From a virus: a stretch of DNA of 64,000 bases. The notes under the pieces were generated by a model. That model was not told where the DNA came from. It saw only the letters and a list, made by a program, of their open reading frames with translations, and did not search any database. Shown here in pieces: positions 1-8,784 of this stretch. The DNA lies in IMG/VR virus record IMGVR_UViG_3300044826_000112. The stretch is one strand, 5' to 3'. The first letter of the stretch is position 1; every line of letters starts with the position of its first letter. Position numbers and translations under genes: made by a program.

Positions 1-4
1 TGAG

Positions 5-328
5 ATGCCGGAGGGCAGCTACTTCGAGACACACATCCAGATGACGCTGGTACGTCCGGAGTTCATGGACATCCTCGAGGAGTTCATCCGTCGCAACAAG
101 GTGCACCTGAGCCGCAATGCCTTCAAGCAACAGAAGGATGGCAAGATGGTGTACATGCTGACCTACCGTAGCACCGACTGCTATGGCAAGTTCTACAGCA
201 CCAAGTCGAAGTTCATTCTGGATTTCCTGGAGCACTTCGAAGATGTAGCGGTACTGCGGCCGGCCAACGTCGAGTTCATTCTGTTTGACTCCAAGCAGTC
301 TCATGATGACCGTTGGCTCCAGGTATAA
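5..328 (+). CDS. Hypothetical protein (probably 5'-truncated by the window edge)
   Basis: ORF with phage-typical codon usage; its stop coincides with a GGTATAA motif. Confidence 0.6.
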   Translation: MPEGSYFETHIQMTLVRPEFMDILEEFIRRNKVHLSRNAFKQQKDGKMVYMLTYRSTDCYGKFYSTKSKFILDFLEHFEDVAVLRPANVEFILFDSKQSHDDRWLQV

Positions 329-339
329 GTACTTTGGAG
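322..339 (+). promoter_or_regulatory. Recurrent phage promoter motif GGTATAA-NNA-YTNTG(G/T)AG (representative copy)
   Basis: Also at 1937, 5067, 6528, 8656, 8771, 11622, 17154, 23471, 26201, 45402, 54575, 57540, 61281 and 34044(-), upstream of transcription units. Confidence 0.75.
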
Positions 340-367
340 TCAATAAACCAACAACAAGGATAACCTT

Positions 368-703
368 ATGTCTATTGGGACAACCCCTATTCATATGGAA
401 GACATCGAGCTTTCTAACGCCATAATCCTCCTGGCGACCTATTCGCTGTATGGGCTACCGCATGATCAGTTCACGGACTTCATCACCACCCCGTACGAGG
501 ATCTGGCAACACAGCGTCACTTGGTGGCCAACCTGATCACCGAGTTTCACTTAACTCAGCTGTTCTCCGATGGCAAACTGAAGACGGATCCCAAGGACTT
601 TGGTCGTTACGTCCTAGAATCAGCCTATCTGACCATCCGTGAGAAAATGCAAACAAGCAAACTCAAGGAGGTCATATGCCCATCTTCTCAGGGATCCTCT
701 TGA
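368..703 (+). CDS. Hypothetical protein
   Basis: AAGGA RBS; lies downstream of the promoter motif at 322. Confidence 0.65.
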   Translation: MSIGTTPIHMEDIELSNAIILLATYSLYGLPHDQFTDFITTPYEDLATQRHLVANLITEFHLTQLFSDGKLKTDPKDFGRYVLESAYLTIREKMQTSKLKEVICPSSQGSS

Positions 704-757
704 TAGGTCTGATTATCGTGTTGGTCAAATTCACAGGATACGCATGGAGAACAAGGA

Positions 758-1315
758 ATGACGATAAACATAAGCATTGGTGAGCGGAAGTTCGAGTACA
801 AGACTGACTTCCTGCTGAGCGGCGAGGGTTCGGAGTCCCTCAAGGCTAAACTGAATCTTCGTCGTGAAGGTCGCGGTGAAGGAATCTGGATGTTCATTCA
901 CCCGGAAGACAAGGAGGCGTATGAAAAAGATACTCGTGATGGGGACTTTGTCCGTCTGGGTATCTTGATCAACGCAGCCTTATGCGGGATGCCCTGGGGC
1001 TCCTATGTGCCGTACAAGTTGAACGGTGATGAGCGTCCGTCGGCCATCTTCGAGAAGGTGATCGACGTCAACCAAGATCCGCAGTTCCACCCGGAAATGT
1101 GGCGTCGCATCCTCGAAGGTGCTCCATCTCAACTGATCGAAGCCTTCAACCACTGCATGGACAGCAACCGTCCAGACTATGGTAAAGACTGGATCGAATG
1201 GGCTCAAAGCATACACGATGACGAGAAGTCTCAATCTCACCCTGAACTCATGGCCAAAATCAAGGAGACCATTGACCAATGTTCCACCGCCTTAAACGTG
1301 CAGCAGAAGGTATAA
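758..1315 (+). CDS. Hypothetical protein
   Basis: 185-aa ORF with a purine-rich RBS and typical codon usage. Confidence 0.7.
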   Translation: MTINISIGERKFEYKTDFLLSGEGSESLKAKLNLRREGRGEGIWMFIHPEDKEAYEKDTRDGDFVRLGILINAALCGMPWGSYVPYKLNGDERPSAIFEKVIDVNQDPQFHPEMWRRILEGAPSQLIEAFNHCMDSNRPDYGKDWIEWAQSIHDDEKSQSHPELMAKIKETIDQCSTALNVQQKV

Positions 1316-1434
1316 CCTTCCGGGCTGAAGCGGAGAAGATCCGCATACAGATCACGAATGCAAGTCTGTCAGACTCTCAGAAGCGGGAACTTAACCGCAT
1401 TCTGGACGAGAAACTGGCACGCTGCACTCGTTGA
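1279..1434 (+). CDS. Small hypothetical protein (MFHRLKRAAEGITFRAEAEKIR...)
   Basis: 51-aa ORF absent from the ORF track; AAGGAG upstream; ends at a terminator. Confidence 0.45.
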   Translation: MFHRLKRAAEGITFRAEAEKIRIQITNASLSDSQKRELNRILDEKLARCTR

Positions 1435-1462
1435 AAACAAGGGGGTTATCCCCCTTGTTTTT
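1434..1462 (+). terminator. Rho-independent terminator
   Basis: aaaacaaggggg-ttat-cccccttgttttt. Confidence 0.8.
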
Positions 1463-1513
1463 TACCCACAGATGCCCTAATATGGAGACTTCGGAAATCA
1501 AGGAGATAACATT

Positions 1514-1645
1514 ATGTGGGAAGTATTCCAACATTATCTGCAAGAAGCTCTTTGTTGGTGCGGATTCCATAACTGGTCCAACACCGATTCTTTCCACCAG
1601 GTCTGTACGCACTGTGGCGAGATCAGAGAGAAACCGCTGGAGTGA
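1514..1645 (+). CDS. Small putative Zn-ribbon protein
   Basis: AAGGAG RBS; MWEVFQHYLQEALCWCGFHNW...CTHCGEIREKPLE with CxxxH and CxxC motifs. Confidence 0.55.
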   Translation: MWEVFQHYLQEALCWCGFHNWSNTDSFHQVCTHCGEIREKPLE

Positions 1646-1711
1646 GTGAAAGGTTAAGCTGCCGGATTGCAAACTCGGATTTTGTGGGTTCGAATCCCAC
1701 CTCCAGCTCCA
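1636..1711 (+). tRNA. tRNA-Cys(GCA)
   Basis: GCTGGAG/CTCCAGC acceptor stem, TTGCAAA anticodon loop, GGTTCGAATCC T-arm, encoded CCA. Confidence 0.9.
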
Positions 1712-1720
1712 AAGAAAACT

Positions 1721-1797
1721 GTTCCCTTAGCTCAATTGGACAGAGTACCGGGCTACGAACTCGGGGGTTATAGGTTCGACTCCTATAGGGAACGCCA
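1721..1797 (+). tRNA. tRNA-Arg(ACG)
   Basis: GTTCCCT/AGGGAAC acceptor stem, CTACGAA loop, GGTTCGACTCC, CCA end. Confidence 0.93.
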
Positions 1798-2006
1798 ATT
1801 TAAGAGGCCGTCATGAAGAACGTAATGTTGTATCTTCTAGGCGGAACCGCAATGATTATCGCAATAGACATCATCTTCCGCCTGTAGGGCCCGTGACTAA
1901 CCTCTCGGGCCTTTCTCATTTCTGCATACCCACTCTGGTATAAGAACTATGGAGTCTGAAAAGGTCCAAAACTAAAAAAATACATACCAGTACAAGGATA
2001 ACGGAA

Positions 2007-2603
2007 ATGCGTGCTGCTAACTTTGAGATGTCTAGTGTCGGTCACATACATGTGATGCGTGTGTTCCCTCAGGGAGCTGAAGTGGAATACGTTACTCTGC
2101 TGCTCAAACCTGTGGTTGACAAGAGGAATCGGTTGCAAGGATTCTTCGAAGCAATCCTGGATATCGAGGGTCTCGATGGGATGTTCCCTAGAGTAGAGGT
2201 AGAGAACACTATGATGTTAAAAAGGGTCTTATCAGGCCTTGCAGATCGCAAAGAGATCATTGGAACTCTGCGTAAGCTGGGTATCGAAGATCCCGAAGTG
2301 ATCTACAACCGCCTGCTTGAGTTGAACCTTGTGAAAGGTGCAGTACCCGTAGTCAAACCCCGCGGTCGCTACAAGGATGTAGTGGTTGAGCTGTGGGGTG
2401 ATGAGACTGAAGAGCACGGTGTATACACCATCTCTTTGGAACGTCAAAAGGGTGAATACGTGATGATCGAGCGTGAAAACAATCGTGAAATCAGTCGTCG
2501 TCCGCAGCCAGGTATTACCATCGGTCGTACTGAACTGCGTGACACAGTCGCCTTGATCGAGAAGCTTGAAGGCTGCCGCCTGAAGCTCTTCGTTCAGAAC
2601 TAA
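2007..2603 (+). CDS. Hypothetical protein
   Basis: 198-aa ORF between the promoter motif at 1937 and a UUCG terminator. Confidence 0.7.
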   Translation: MRAANFEMSSVGHIHVMRVFPQGAEVEYVTLLLKPVVDKRNRLQGFFEAILDIEGLDGMFPRVEVENTMMLKRVLSGLADRKEIIGTLRKLGIEDPEVIYNRLLELNLVKGAVPVVKPRGRYKDVVVELWGDETEEHGVYTISLERQKGEYVMIERENNREISRRPQPGITIGRTELRDTVALIEKLEGCRLKLFVQN

Positions 2604-2606
2604 TCT

Positions 2607-2628
2607 AAGGGGTCTTCGGACCCCTTTT
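2607..2628 (+). terminator. Rho-independent terminator
   Basis: aaggggtc-ttcg-gacccctttt. Confidence 0.8.
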
Positions 2629-2645
2629 CTTACCTAGGAGACCAA

Positions 2646-3185
2646 ATGTTTTACACAGCAATCGCTGCAGTTAGTACAGAAGGGGCTATCGGGGCAGGCC
2701 TCGATTTGGCAGTCAAGAGCCGTGCCGATATGATTCACTTCGCAAATACCACAAAGGATGGCGTTGTGATTATGGGCTACAACACGGCTAAGAGCCTTAA
2801 GACGCCTCTGCCAGGCAGATCTAACTATGTGATTGGGTTCACGAGATCTATCAGAAGTAATCATACCTCCGATCTGGATCCTGGATTTACCCAGATATTC
2901 ACCCACCCAGACTCTCTTGAGAGCATCCTCCATATGATCGCAGCTAGTCATCCAGACCAATTGCTGTTCATCATCGGAGGAGCCAAGATGTACGAGGCGT
3001 GTGCACCCTACTGTAGTCGCCTGTATCTGACGGAAATCCCCAAGTCTAACCCGGATGCCGACGTGTTTTTCCCCAAAGAGGCGTTTTCAGGGTATAAAGA
3101 AGTTGGGAGACAAGATTTACAAGACGGTTCGGTGATCGTCGATTATGTAAATCCCCATTGCCTTTACGGTATCAGTGTAGTATAA
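2646..3185 (+). CDS. folA: Dihydrofolate reductase (divergent)
   Basis: IAAVSTEGAIG, DMIHF..TT...VIMGYNT..SL..PLPGR.N, FIIGGAKMY, LYLTEI, DVFFP motifs. Confidence 0.9.
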   Translation: MFYTAIAAVSTEGAIGAGLDLAVKSRADMIHFANTTKDGVVIMGYNTAKSLKTPLPGRSNYVIGFTRSIRSNHTSDLDPGFTQIFTHPDSLESILHMIAASHPDQLLFIIGGAKMYEACAPYCSRLYLTEIPKSNPDADVFFPKEAFSGYKEVGRQDLQDGSVIVDYVNPHCLYGISVV

Positions 3186-3211
3186 AGTAGTTAACTACCT
3201 GGAGGCACCGA

Positions 3212-3400
3212 ATGATCCTGATCCTAGAAGTCCTAGCTAACCTGTTCGCATGCGTTTGCGGGTTCTTCCTCGACTCCGAATCGAGCTGGGATGTGGACTT
3301 TGATGCCAAACACCGTCAATCATTTAGCTCCAACCAGGTTCGACGCCCTAAACATAAGACTCCTCGCCGCCTCATCCGGGGCAGATCGGGGTTTACTTAG
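3212..3400 (+). CDS. Small protein with hydrophobic N-terminus and basic C-terminus
   Basis: GGAGG RBS; 62 aa. Confidence 0.5.
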   Translation: MILILEVLANLFACVCGFFLDSESSWDVDFDAKHRQSFSSNQVRRPKHKTPRRLIRGRSGFT

Positions 3401-3476
3401 TGTAGGTGGTACGAGACCTGACGGTGACTAATTTCTTAAATGGCCCTCTTCGGAGGGCTTTTCTATTGGAGGAAGT

Positions 3477-3782
3477 ATGAGATCAGGTACCGCTGCACTC
3501 TTCATGAGTGCATCCTCGTCTGACAGTGTGTTCGAGGCCCTCTGTGCGGCTTACGCCATTCACTACGGGTCAGTCTCGTTGTATGACCTGACAGAGCAGA
3601 TCCGTGAGTTCTGGGGTGGCACTGGCCGCTACCATACTCGCATCGACAACTATCGCTGTCTCGCCAAGACCGGCCACCGCATTCGCGGGACCACCCAATA
3701 CATCATCGATAATCAATGGGCCTTGAACAACCCTGTTCAAATGGACCGCTATCGTGCCATCGCAAGGGAGCTTTTCGAATGA
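3477..3782 (+). CDS. Hypothetical protein
   Basis: GGAGGA RBS; ATGA-coupled to the next gene. Confidence 0.65.
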   Translation: MRSGTAALFMSASSSDSVFEALCAAYAIHYGSVSLYDLTEQIREFWGGTGRYHTRIDNYRCLAKTGHRIRGTTQYIIDNQWALNNPVQMDRYRAIARELFE

Positions 3783-4579
3783 TCGACCGTCCAACTACTA
3801 TGATCCACCTGCTCAGCATGAGCCATCTGCATCGTGACCGCCTCTGGATTGCCGCTATGGCTCGCCAGACTCTCACGCAGGTAACCTCTAACCTCTGCCG
3901 TAGCATGGCGGAGCTGGGGTATGACATGTCCCTGCCTAACGGATACAACCAGCGTTTCTACAGCCTCAGTCATGCGTCTCGTCGTCAGTCGGTCAGTATG
4001 ACTTGGGCTCTGGATCCTACCCGCATGGGTCAGCATCAGAACTTGTCCTGGCGGCATTTCTTTGGCCTGATCCGCGGTATGGGTAACAGCTACGGTGCAA
4101 GCCTGTTGTGCACCCGTAACGGTAGTGCATCTTCGATCAGCTGGTCTGAAGACCCCAGCTCCAATCTGGCAGACTACTACATCACAGAAGGTCCGACAGT
4201 TCCTCCTCTGGATCTGCGTGCTGCGTACGACACTAACGTGTTCCCGAAGGTTATGGAGGTGCTGTGCATCTTCGGTTCGGTCTGTCTGGCCCAAGTTGCC
4301 ATGTATGGTAATGAAGCCCGGGCCATTCCGGACTTGTCCCCGCTGCTGGATCAGCTTATCCCACTGCTGTCAGATGAAGACAAGGTCATCTTGACCAACT
4401 TCTTGACGCACAACTCAGCGGTTCGCCTGCTGTGCCGCAGCCACATTGCCATCATGGAGGGGCGAAATGTACCTGGATCCACTACTGAAGCCGCTGTCGG
4501 AGATGCAGACGCACAAACTGCTGAAGCTACCTGTGCCGCTCAAGACGTACCAGGAACTCCTGCTGCTGATCAAGGCTGA
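3779..4579 (+). CDS. Hypothetical protein
   Basis: Start reassigned to the ATG overlapping the upstream stop (MIDRPTT). Confidence 0.65.
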   Translation: MIDRPTTMIHLLSMSHLHRDRLWIAAMARQTLTQVTSNLCRSMAELGYDMSLPNGYNQRFYSLSHASRRQSVSMTWALDPTRMGQHQNLSWRHFFGLIRGMGNSYGASLLCTRNGSASSISWSEDPSSNLADYYITEGPTVPPLDLRAAYDTNVFPKVMEVLCIFGSVCLAQVAMYGNEARAIPDLSPLLDQLIPLLSDEDKVILTNFLTHNSAVRLLCRSHIAIMEGRNVPGSTTEAAVGDADAQTAEATCAAQDVPGTPAADQG

Positions 4580-4959
4580 TATCAAGCGAGATTACCCGGG
4601 TCTGACCATCCTTCAAGTATTGGAGATGGACACACCTACGGAATCTTGATAGGGTTGTAACAGTCGATACCGGGAGGTGCCCATGGCGGACTTCGTATAT
4701 GTGGTCAAGGCTGTTACCAAGAACCTTGAAGAGGATGTAATCGGACTGACTCGTAGGGGATGCCCAACTGCGGCTCCTGGCTCTCACCACATCTGGGATG
4801 ATGAGGATGAAGCCTACGACTTTATGTTGAAAGCTGAAAGGTGCTTCAGTAAAGCCGTCTACCCGATCATGTACGTGCAACCTATCCGAGTATGACGAGG
4901 GCTCCTTCGGGAGCCCTACTTCTTGCTCTTCCGTCTCCTTTTAGCTATCATTCAGTTAT

Positions 4960-5035
4960 GCCCCAGTAGTTCAGTGGATAGAGCAACCGCCTTCTAAGCG
5001 GTGAGTCGTAGGTTCGAATCCTACCTGGGGTGCCA
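4960..5035 (+). tRNA. tRNA-Arg(TCT)
   Basis: GCCCCAG/CTGGGGT acceptor stem, ACCGC-CTTCTAA-GCGGT anticodon arm, GGTTCGAATCC, CCA. Confidence 0.93.
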
Positions 5036-5132
5036 CTCTCCTTTTCAATTTTCAGCATATAGCTCCGGTATAAGTACTACGTAGAGGAGGATATACCCTC
5101 CACTTTCTATTACTCACCACCAGGAGACTATC

Positions 5133-5411
5133 ATGTCTACACTTCCGGATACCTCGAACATGGTCATGATGACCGTGAATGATCTCATTGCCTTGCAAGA
5201 GAAAGCTGAAGACAAGCCGAAAGAATACTCCGTCGGAGATGCCATCGGCGGCATCCTCGGGGTTGCTCTGATCGGCGGAGGTCTGTACCTCGCCTGCTCT
5301 GGTCTGAACTCCAGCATGAGCAAAGACCGCCAGTACACCAAAGACATGGAACACGAAGTTAATGATCTTCGTACCCGTCTGGAAGCCCTCAAACAAGCCA
5401 CAGGTAAATAA
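5133..5411 (+). CDS. Small membrane protein, paralog 1
   Basis: One TM helix; C-terminal NDLRTRLEALKQATGK. Confidence 0.75.
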   Translation: MSTLPDTSNMVMMTVNDLIALQEKAEDKPKEYSVGDAIGGILGVALIGGGLYLACSGLNSSMSKDRQYTKDMEHEVNDLRTRLEALKQATGK

Positions 5412-5413
5412 TC

Positions 5414-5695
5414 ATGGAACTGAAACTCGAGAATGACTTCCTGGCGTTGGTAAATGCTGACCGCTATCAGGAACTGAAAGAACAAGCCGCTGCCAATGAG
5501 AACGCCTCTCAGAGCGTGCTGGAAACTACCCTGCAGGTTGCCACTGGTGCGATCATCGTGGGTGCCATCGGGTACATGGGTTATGCAGTGCATGACTCCA
5601 TCAAGCAATCCGAGAAGCGTTCTGAACTGCGTCGTGAAAAGAACGACCTGGCAGACCGTCTGGCAGAACTCAAGCGGAAAACCGAGAAGGAATAA
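5414..5695 (+). CDS. Small membrane protein, paralog 2
   Basis: TM helix; C-terminal NDLADRLAELKRKTEKE. Confidence 0.75.
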   Translation: MELKLENDFLALVNADRYQELKEQAAANENASQSVLETTLQVATGAIIVGAIGYMGYAVHDSIKQSEKRSELRREKNDLADRLAELKRKTEKE

Positions 5696-5698
5696 GTC

Positions 5699-5962
5699 AT
5701 GGAACTGGCTACTGGTAAGGTGATGATCTCCCAAGATCATCTGGAGATGATGCGGTTCGATGCGAGCCGCTCTGAGCGTAGTACTACTGCGGCGGTCGTA
5801 TCGACTGCCGTTATGGTTGGGGCAGCGGTGGCGGTGGGTTATGTTGTCTATTCAGATGTCAAAGACGGTCGAGATCACAGGGCCCGGATGGAAAAAATGC
5901 ACAACGAGCACGACGACCTCAAACGCCGAATCGCTGAGCTTACAAAGAAGAAGGACGCATAA
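5699..5962 (+). CDS. Small membrane protein, paralog 3
   Basis: TM helix; C-terminal DDLKRRIAELTKKKDA. Confidence 0.75.
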   Translation: MELATGKVMISQDHLEMMRFDASRSERSTTAAVVSTAVMVGAAVAVGYVVYSDVKDGRDHRARMEKMHNEHDDLKRRIAELTKKKDA

Positions 5963-5963
5963 G

Positions 5964-6254
5964 ATGGAAACTTTCGAGTACACAGGTCCCATGCGTATCA
6001 TGGACAAGAGTGATCTGGAATCCATGATCACCAAGATCGACAAGATCGAAGCCTCTATGGAGCCGGGTGCAGTTGAAGTGGCCCTCAAAGGTCTGTCTGC
6101 TGCAGTAATCGTTGGTGCCGGTCTGTACTTCATGTCGAAGTCTAGCTCGGACTCAACCCCGGTTCGGGCCGCTCGTGAAGCCACTATCGCTCGTGAGAAC
6201 GAGAACCTGGCTACCCGTCTGGCTGAACTCAAGCGTAAGACAGGTAAGGAGTAG
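5964..6254 (+). CDS. Small membrane protein, paralog 4
   Basis: Start reassigned to METFEY; TM helix; C-terminal ENLATRLAELKRKTGKE. Confidence 0.75.
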   Translation: METFEYTGPMRIMDKSDLESMITKIDKIEASMEPGAVEVALKGLSAAVIVGAGLYFMSKSSSDSTPVRAAREATIARENENLATRLAELKRKTGKE

Positions 6255-6257
6255 GCC

Positions 6258-6494
6258 ATGCTGGGACCAGCCCTGCTGTTCGGCCTGATAATGCAGGTCA
6301 AGAAAGATCGGGCTAACGCGGCTGCCGAAGAGATCCTCAGGAACATGGAGCCTATCTATGTTCCTGAAGGAGAAGCTCCGCTGAACGAGAAAGCCCTTGA
6401 GCGGATCCAGAATCTGCTCGATAAAGTTGACACTGTGGCCCAAGGTGTGGAGAATGCCTCGGTCACAGTGAAATCTATGAAGGAAGGGCAATAA
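6258..6494 (+). CDS. Small hypothetical protein
   Basis: AAGGAG RBS; last gene of the paralog operon. Confidence 0.65.
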   Translation: MLGPALLFGLIMQVKKDRANAAAEEILRNMEPIYVPEGEAPLNEKALERIQNLLDKVDTVAQGVENASVTVKSMKEGQ

Positions 6495-6539
6495 GCTCTT
6501 CTTTTAGTCAACTTTTAGCCATTAGGGGGTATAACCATT

Positions 6540-6677
6540 ATGGGAGAACCTAGCTTTATCAAAAAGGTTGTCCGGGATCCTATGTTCCGCCACAAGGTTG
6601 AGAAGCCTGGCAAGGGCAAAGGTTCTTATCAACGTAAGCCAAAAGGAAGTAAGAATGACCCTGTACGCGAAGATTAA
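6540..6677 (+). CDS. arfA: Alternative ribosome-rescue factor A (short form)
   Basis: MGEPSFIKKVVRDPMFRHKVEKPGKGKGSYQRKPKGSKNDPVRED matches the ArfA core DPLFRQRVEKNKKGKGSYxRK; absent from the ORF track. Confidence 0.85.
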   Translation: MGEPSFIKKVVRDPMFRHKVEKPGKGKGSYQRKPKGSKNDPVRED

Positions 6678-7083
6678 GGCTGATTGCCTTGTGCTCCGTA
6701 AGGAACAACAGAAGGAAGAAGCAGGCGTTCTGCTTGTTGTTTTAGGTGATGCCGAGACTCGGGCTAAGCAGCTCAGTCCTGCTATGCTGGAAGCTGACGG
6801 CTCTCTTCCGGATCACGAAGTTCTGAAGATCATCAAGAAGAACATCGATGATGCCATCACCACCCTCAACGCCAAGAAGGACAACCAGAAAGCCCAGCTG
6901 ACTCGTGCCCTTCTCGAGCCCTATATGCCAACCATGCTGACTGCCGAAGAGCTCCAGGACATCCTGACCTCTGCGGTAGAAGTAGAGAGCCTCGGCTCTG
7001 CAATGAAATTCCTCAAAGAGAACTATGCCGGTAAGTATGACGGCAAGATCGCTTCTGAAGTTGCCCGTAACATGTTCGCCTAA
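6655..7083 (+). CDS. YqeY/GatB-domain protein
   Basis: MTLYAKIKAD..., EVLKIIKK, LEPYMPTMLTAEEL, GSAMKFLKENYAGKYDGK are typical of YqeY. Confidence 0.8.
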   Translation: MTLYAKIKADCLVLRKEQQKEEAGVLLVVLGDAETRAKQLSPAMLEADGSLPDHEVLKIIKKNIDDAITTLNAKKDNQKAQLTRALLEPYMPTMLTAEELQDILTSAVEVESLGSAMKFLKENYAGKYDGKIASEVARNMFA

Positions 7084-7092
7084 GGAGGCAAA

Positions 7093-8415
7093 ATGAACAT
7101 TAATCTCAAGAAACTGCTCGGTATTGGTGCAGCTGGTCTGCTCGGTGCTGTCATCCTCGTCTACGGTCTGTTCGGCTGGATCTACGTAGCTGGCGGTGAG
7201 TATGCCCGAATTCAGAAGCCTGATGGCTCCTATGAATGGCACGTCACCAACGGCTTCAAGGTGAAGACTCCGTTCCTGGATCGCTACGAGATCTTCAACC
7301 AGTACAACACCATCGACATGACCGATGGCGAGAACCCTACTGCAACGATCGATCTGCCGTTGCACAAGGTTAACTTCAACGATACCTACACCATGGATAT
7401 CGGCGTAACTGCCCGCTACTCCTTGATGCCGGATCCGGAGAAGCTGGAAATCATGTACCAGGCGAACAAGACCAACAAGGCCTTGGTTGCCAGCACCATG
7501 GTGCCGAACCTGCGTAACCTGTTGAGCCAGACTGCCAACCAGTTCCGCGGTGAGGACTACCTCCAGGGTGGTCAGAACGAGTTCCAAGCTCGTCTTTACT
7601 TCCAAGCTGAGAATGGCCTGTACGTTACCGAGCGTGTTAAGCGTGAAGTGGACGTTGAATCTGGCTACTCTGCCGACGTGAACGCTTCTGCTAACGCCGA
7701 AGGTACCAAGCAGACCAAGGCTATGGCCTGGGTTGTGGACATCGTTCGCGATGATCAAGGTAAGCCGATCACTCAAGAGAGCCAGCTGGCCAAGTTCGGC
7801 GTCATGCTGGATCTGATTGAGATCAACAAGTTCATTCCGGATCCCGATCTGGAAGCCTTCATGACTCAAAAGCGTGCCAAGATCCGTGAACGTGCCGGTA
7901 TCGTTGAAGACCAGCGTAACGCTCGTGAAGCTCAAGTAACTGCCCGCCTGATGGGTGAGAAAGAGCGTATCGAAGAGCGTAACAAGGCTCTGAAAGCTAA
8001 AGACCGTGCCGTTATTACCGAATCCCAGCAGGTAGCAGTTGAACAAGAACGTGCCAAGCTGGAAATCGTTAAGAAGGACAAGGAACTGAAGATCGCTCAG
8101 GCGAACGAAGGTATCCAAAAGGCCAACTACGAGGCTGCCAAGTATGAAGCTCTGGCTATCAAAGAGACCGGCTTGGCCGAAGCTCAGGTAGAAGACGCCA
8201 AGTATAAGGCTAAAGATCGTCAGCTCTACATGAAAGAGCTGGAGCTGGAAAACAACAAGCACCTGTACAATGCTCTGCCGGCCCTCAAGGTCCAGATGCC
8301 TCAGTACGTGCAGATGGGTGGCCAGAGTGGCATGAACAGCAACCTGGAAGCTATGTCCTCTCTCAAGCTGATGGAAGGCTTGGGTATGAGTACTCCAGCG
8401 ACTCCTGCCAAGTAA
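7093..8415 (+). CDS. SPFH/band-7 domain membrane protein
   Basis: N-terminal TM, GFKVKTPF segment, long Ala/Glu/Lys coiled-coil C-terminus. Confidence 0.75.
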   Translation: MNINLKKLLGIGAAGLLGAVILVYGLFGWIYVAGGEYARIQKPDGSYEWHVTNGFKVKTPFLDRYEIFNQYNTIDMTDGENPTATIDLPLHKVNFNDTYTMDIGVTARYSLMPDPEKLEIMYQANKTNKALVASTMVPNLRNLLSQTANQFRGEDYLQGGQNEFQARLYFQAENGLYVTERVKREVDVESGYSADVNASANAEGTKQTKAMAWVVDIVRDDQGKPITQESQLAKFGVMLDLIEINKFIPDPDLEAFMTQKRAKIRERAGIVEDQRNAREAQVTARLMGEKERIEERNKALKAKDRAVITESQQVAVEQERAKLEIVKKDKELKIAQANEGIQKANYEAAKYEALAIKETGLAEAQVEDAKYKAKDRQLYMKELELENNKHLYNALPALKVQMPQYVQMGGQSGMNSNLEAMSSLKLMEGLGMSTPATPAK

Positions 8416-8468
8416 GGCAGACTAAAGGCCCTCTCCGGAGGGCCTTTTCTTTTACCTAAGGAGTAGGT

Positions 8469-8654
8469 ATGGAGATTTTCTTAGAGGTAATCGCTCTGAT
8501 GGGACTCTTGTCTGTTGCGATAATCGCCTACATAGTCGGCTTAGTGGTCGCAATGGTGACGGAGGAGCTGCTATTGGGAGGAGCTGCGTTCGTCGGAGTA
8601 GTTGTTGTTGCGTATTACTTCTGGCAATACCTCTCAACAACGGTGGCATCTTAA
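8469..8654 (+). CDS. Small 2-TM membrane protein
   Basis: AAGGAG RBS; highly hydrophobic 61 aa. Confidence 0.65.
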   Translation: MEIFLEVIALMGLLSVAIIAYIVGLVVAMVTEELLLGGAAFVGVVVVAYYFWQYLSTTVAS

Positions 8655-8669
8655 CGGTATAAGTAAGTT

Positions 8670-8752
8670 AGAGATGTGATAGCTGTAGATCCTGTACGAC
8701 AGATTTGGGCCACTTGGCCGCCCGGCTTACGCAAATTCCCCGGGTTTTTTTA
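8670..8752 (+). ncRNA. Putative small ncRNA
   Basis: Own promoter motif (8656), three hairpins, GC stem followed by a U-run, no credible ORF. Confidence 0.35.
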
Positions 8753-8784
8753 CTATCGCTGAGCGATTCGGGTATAAGTACTAT

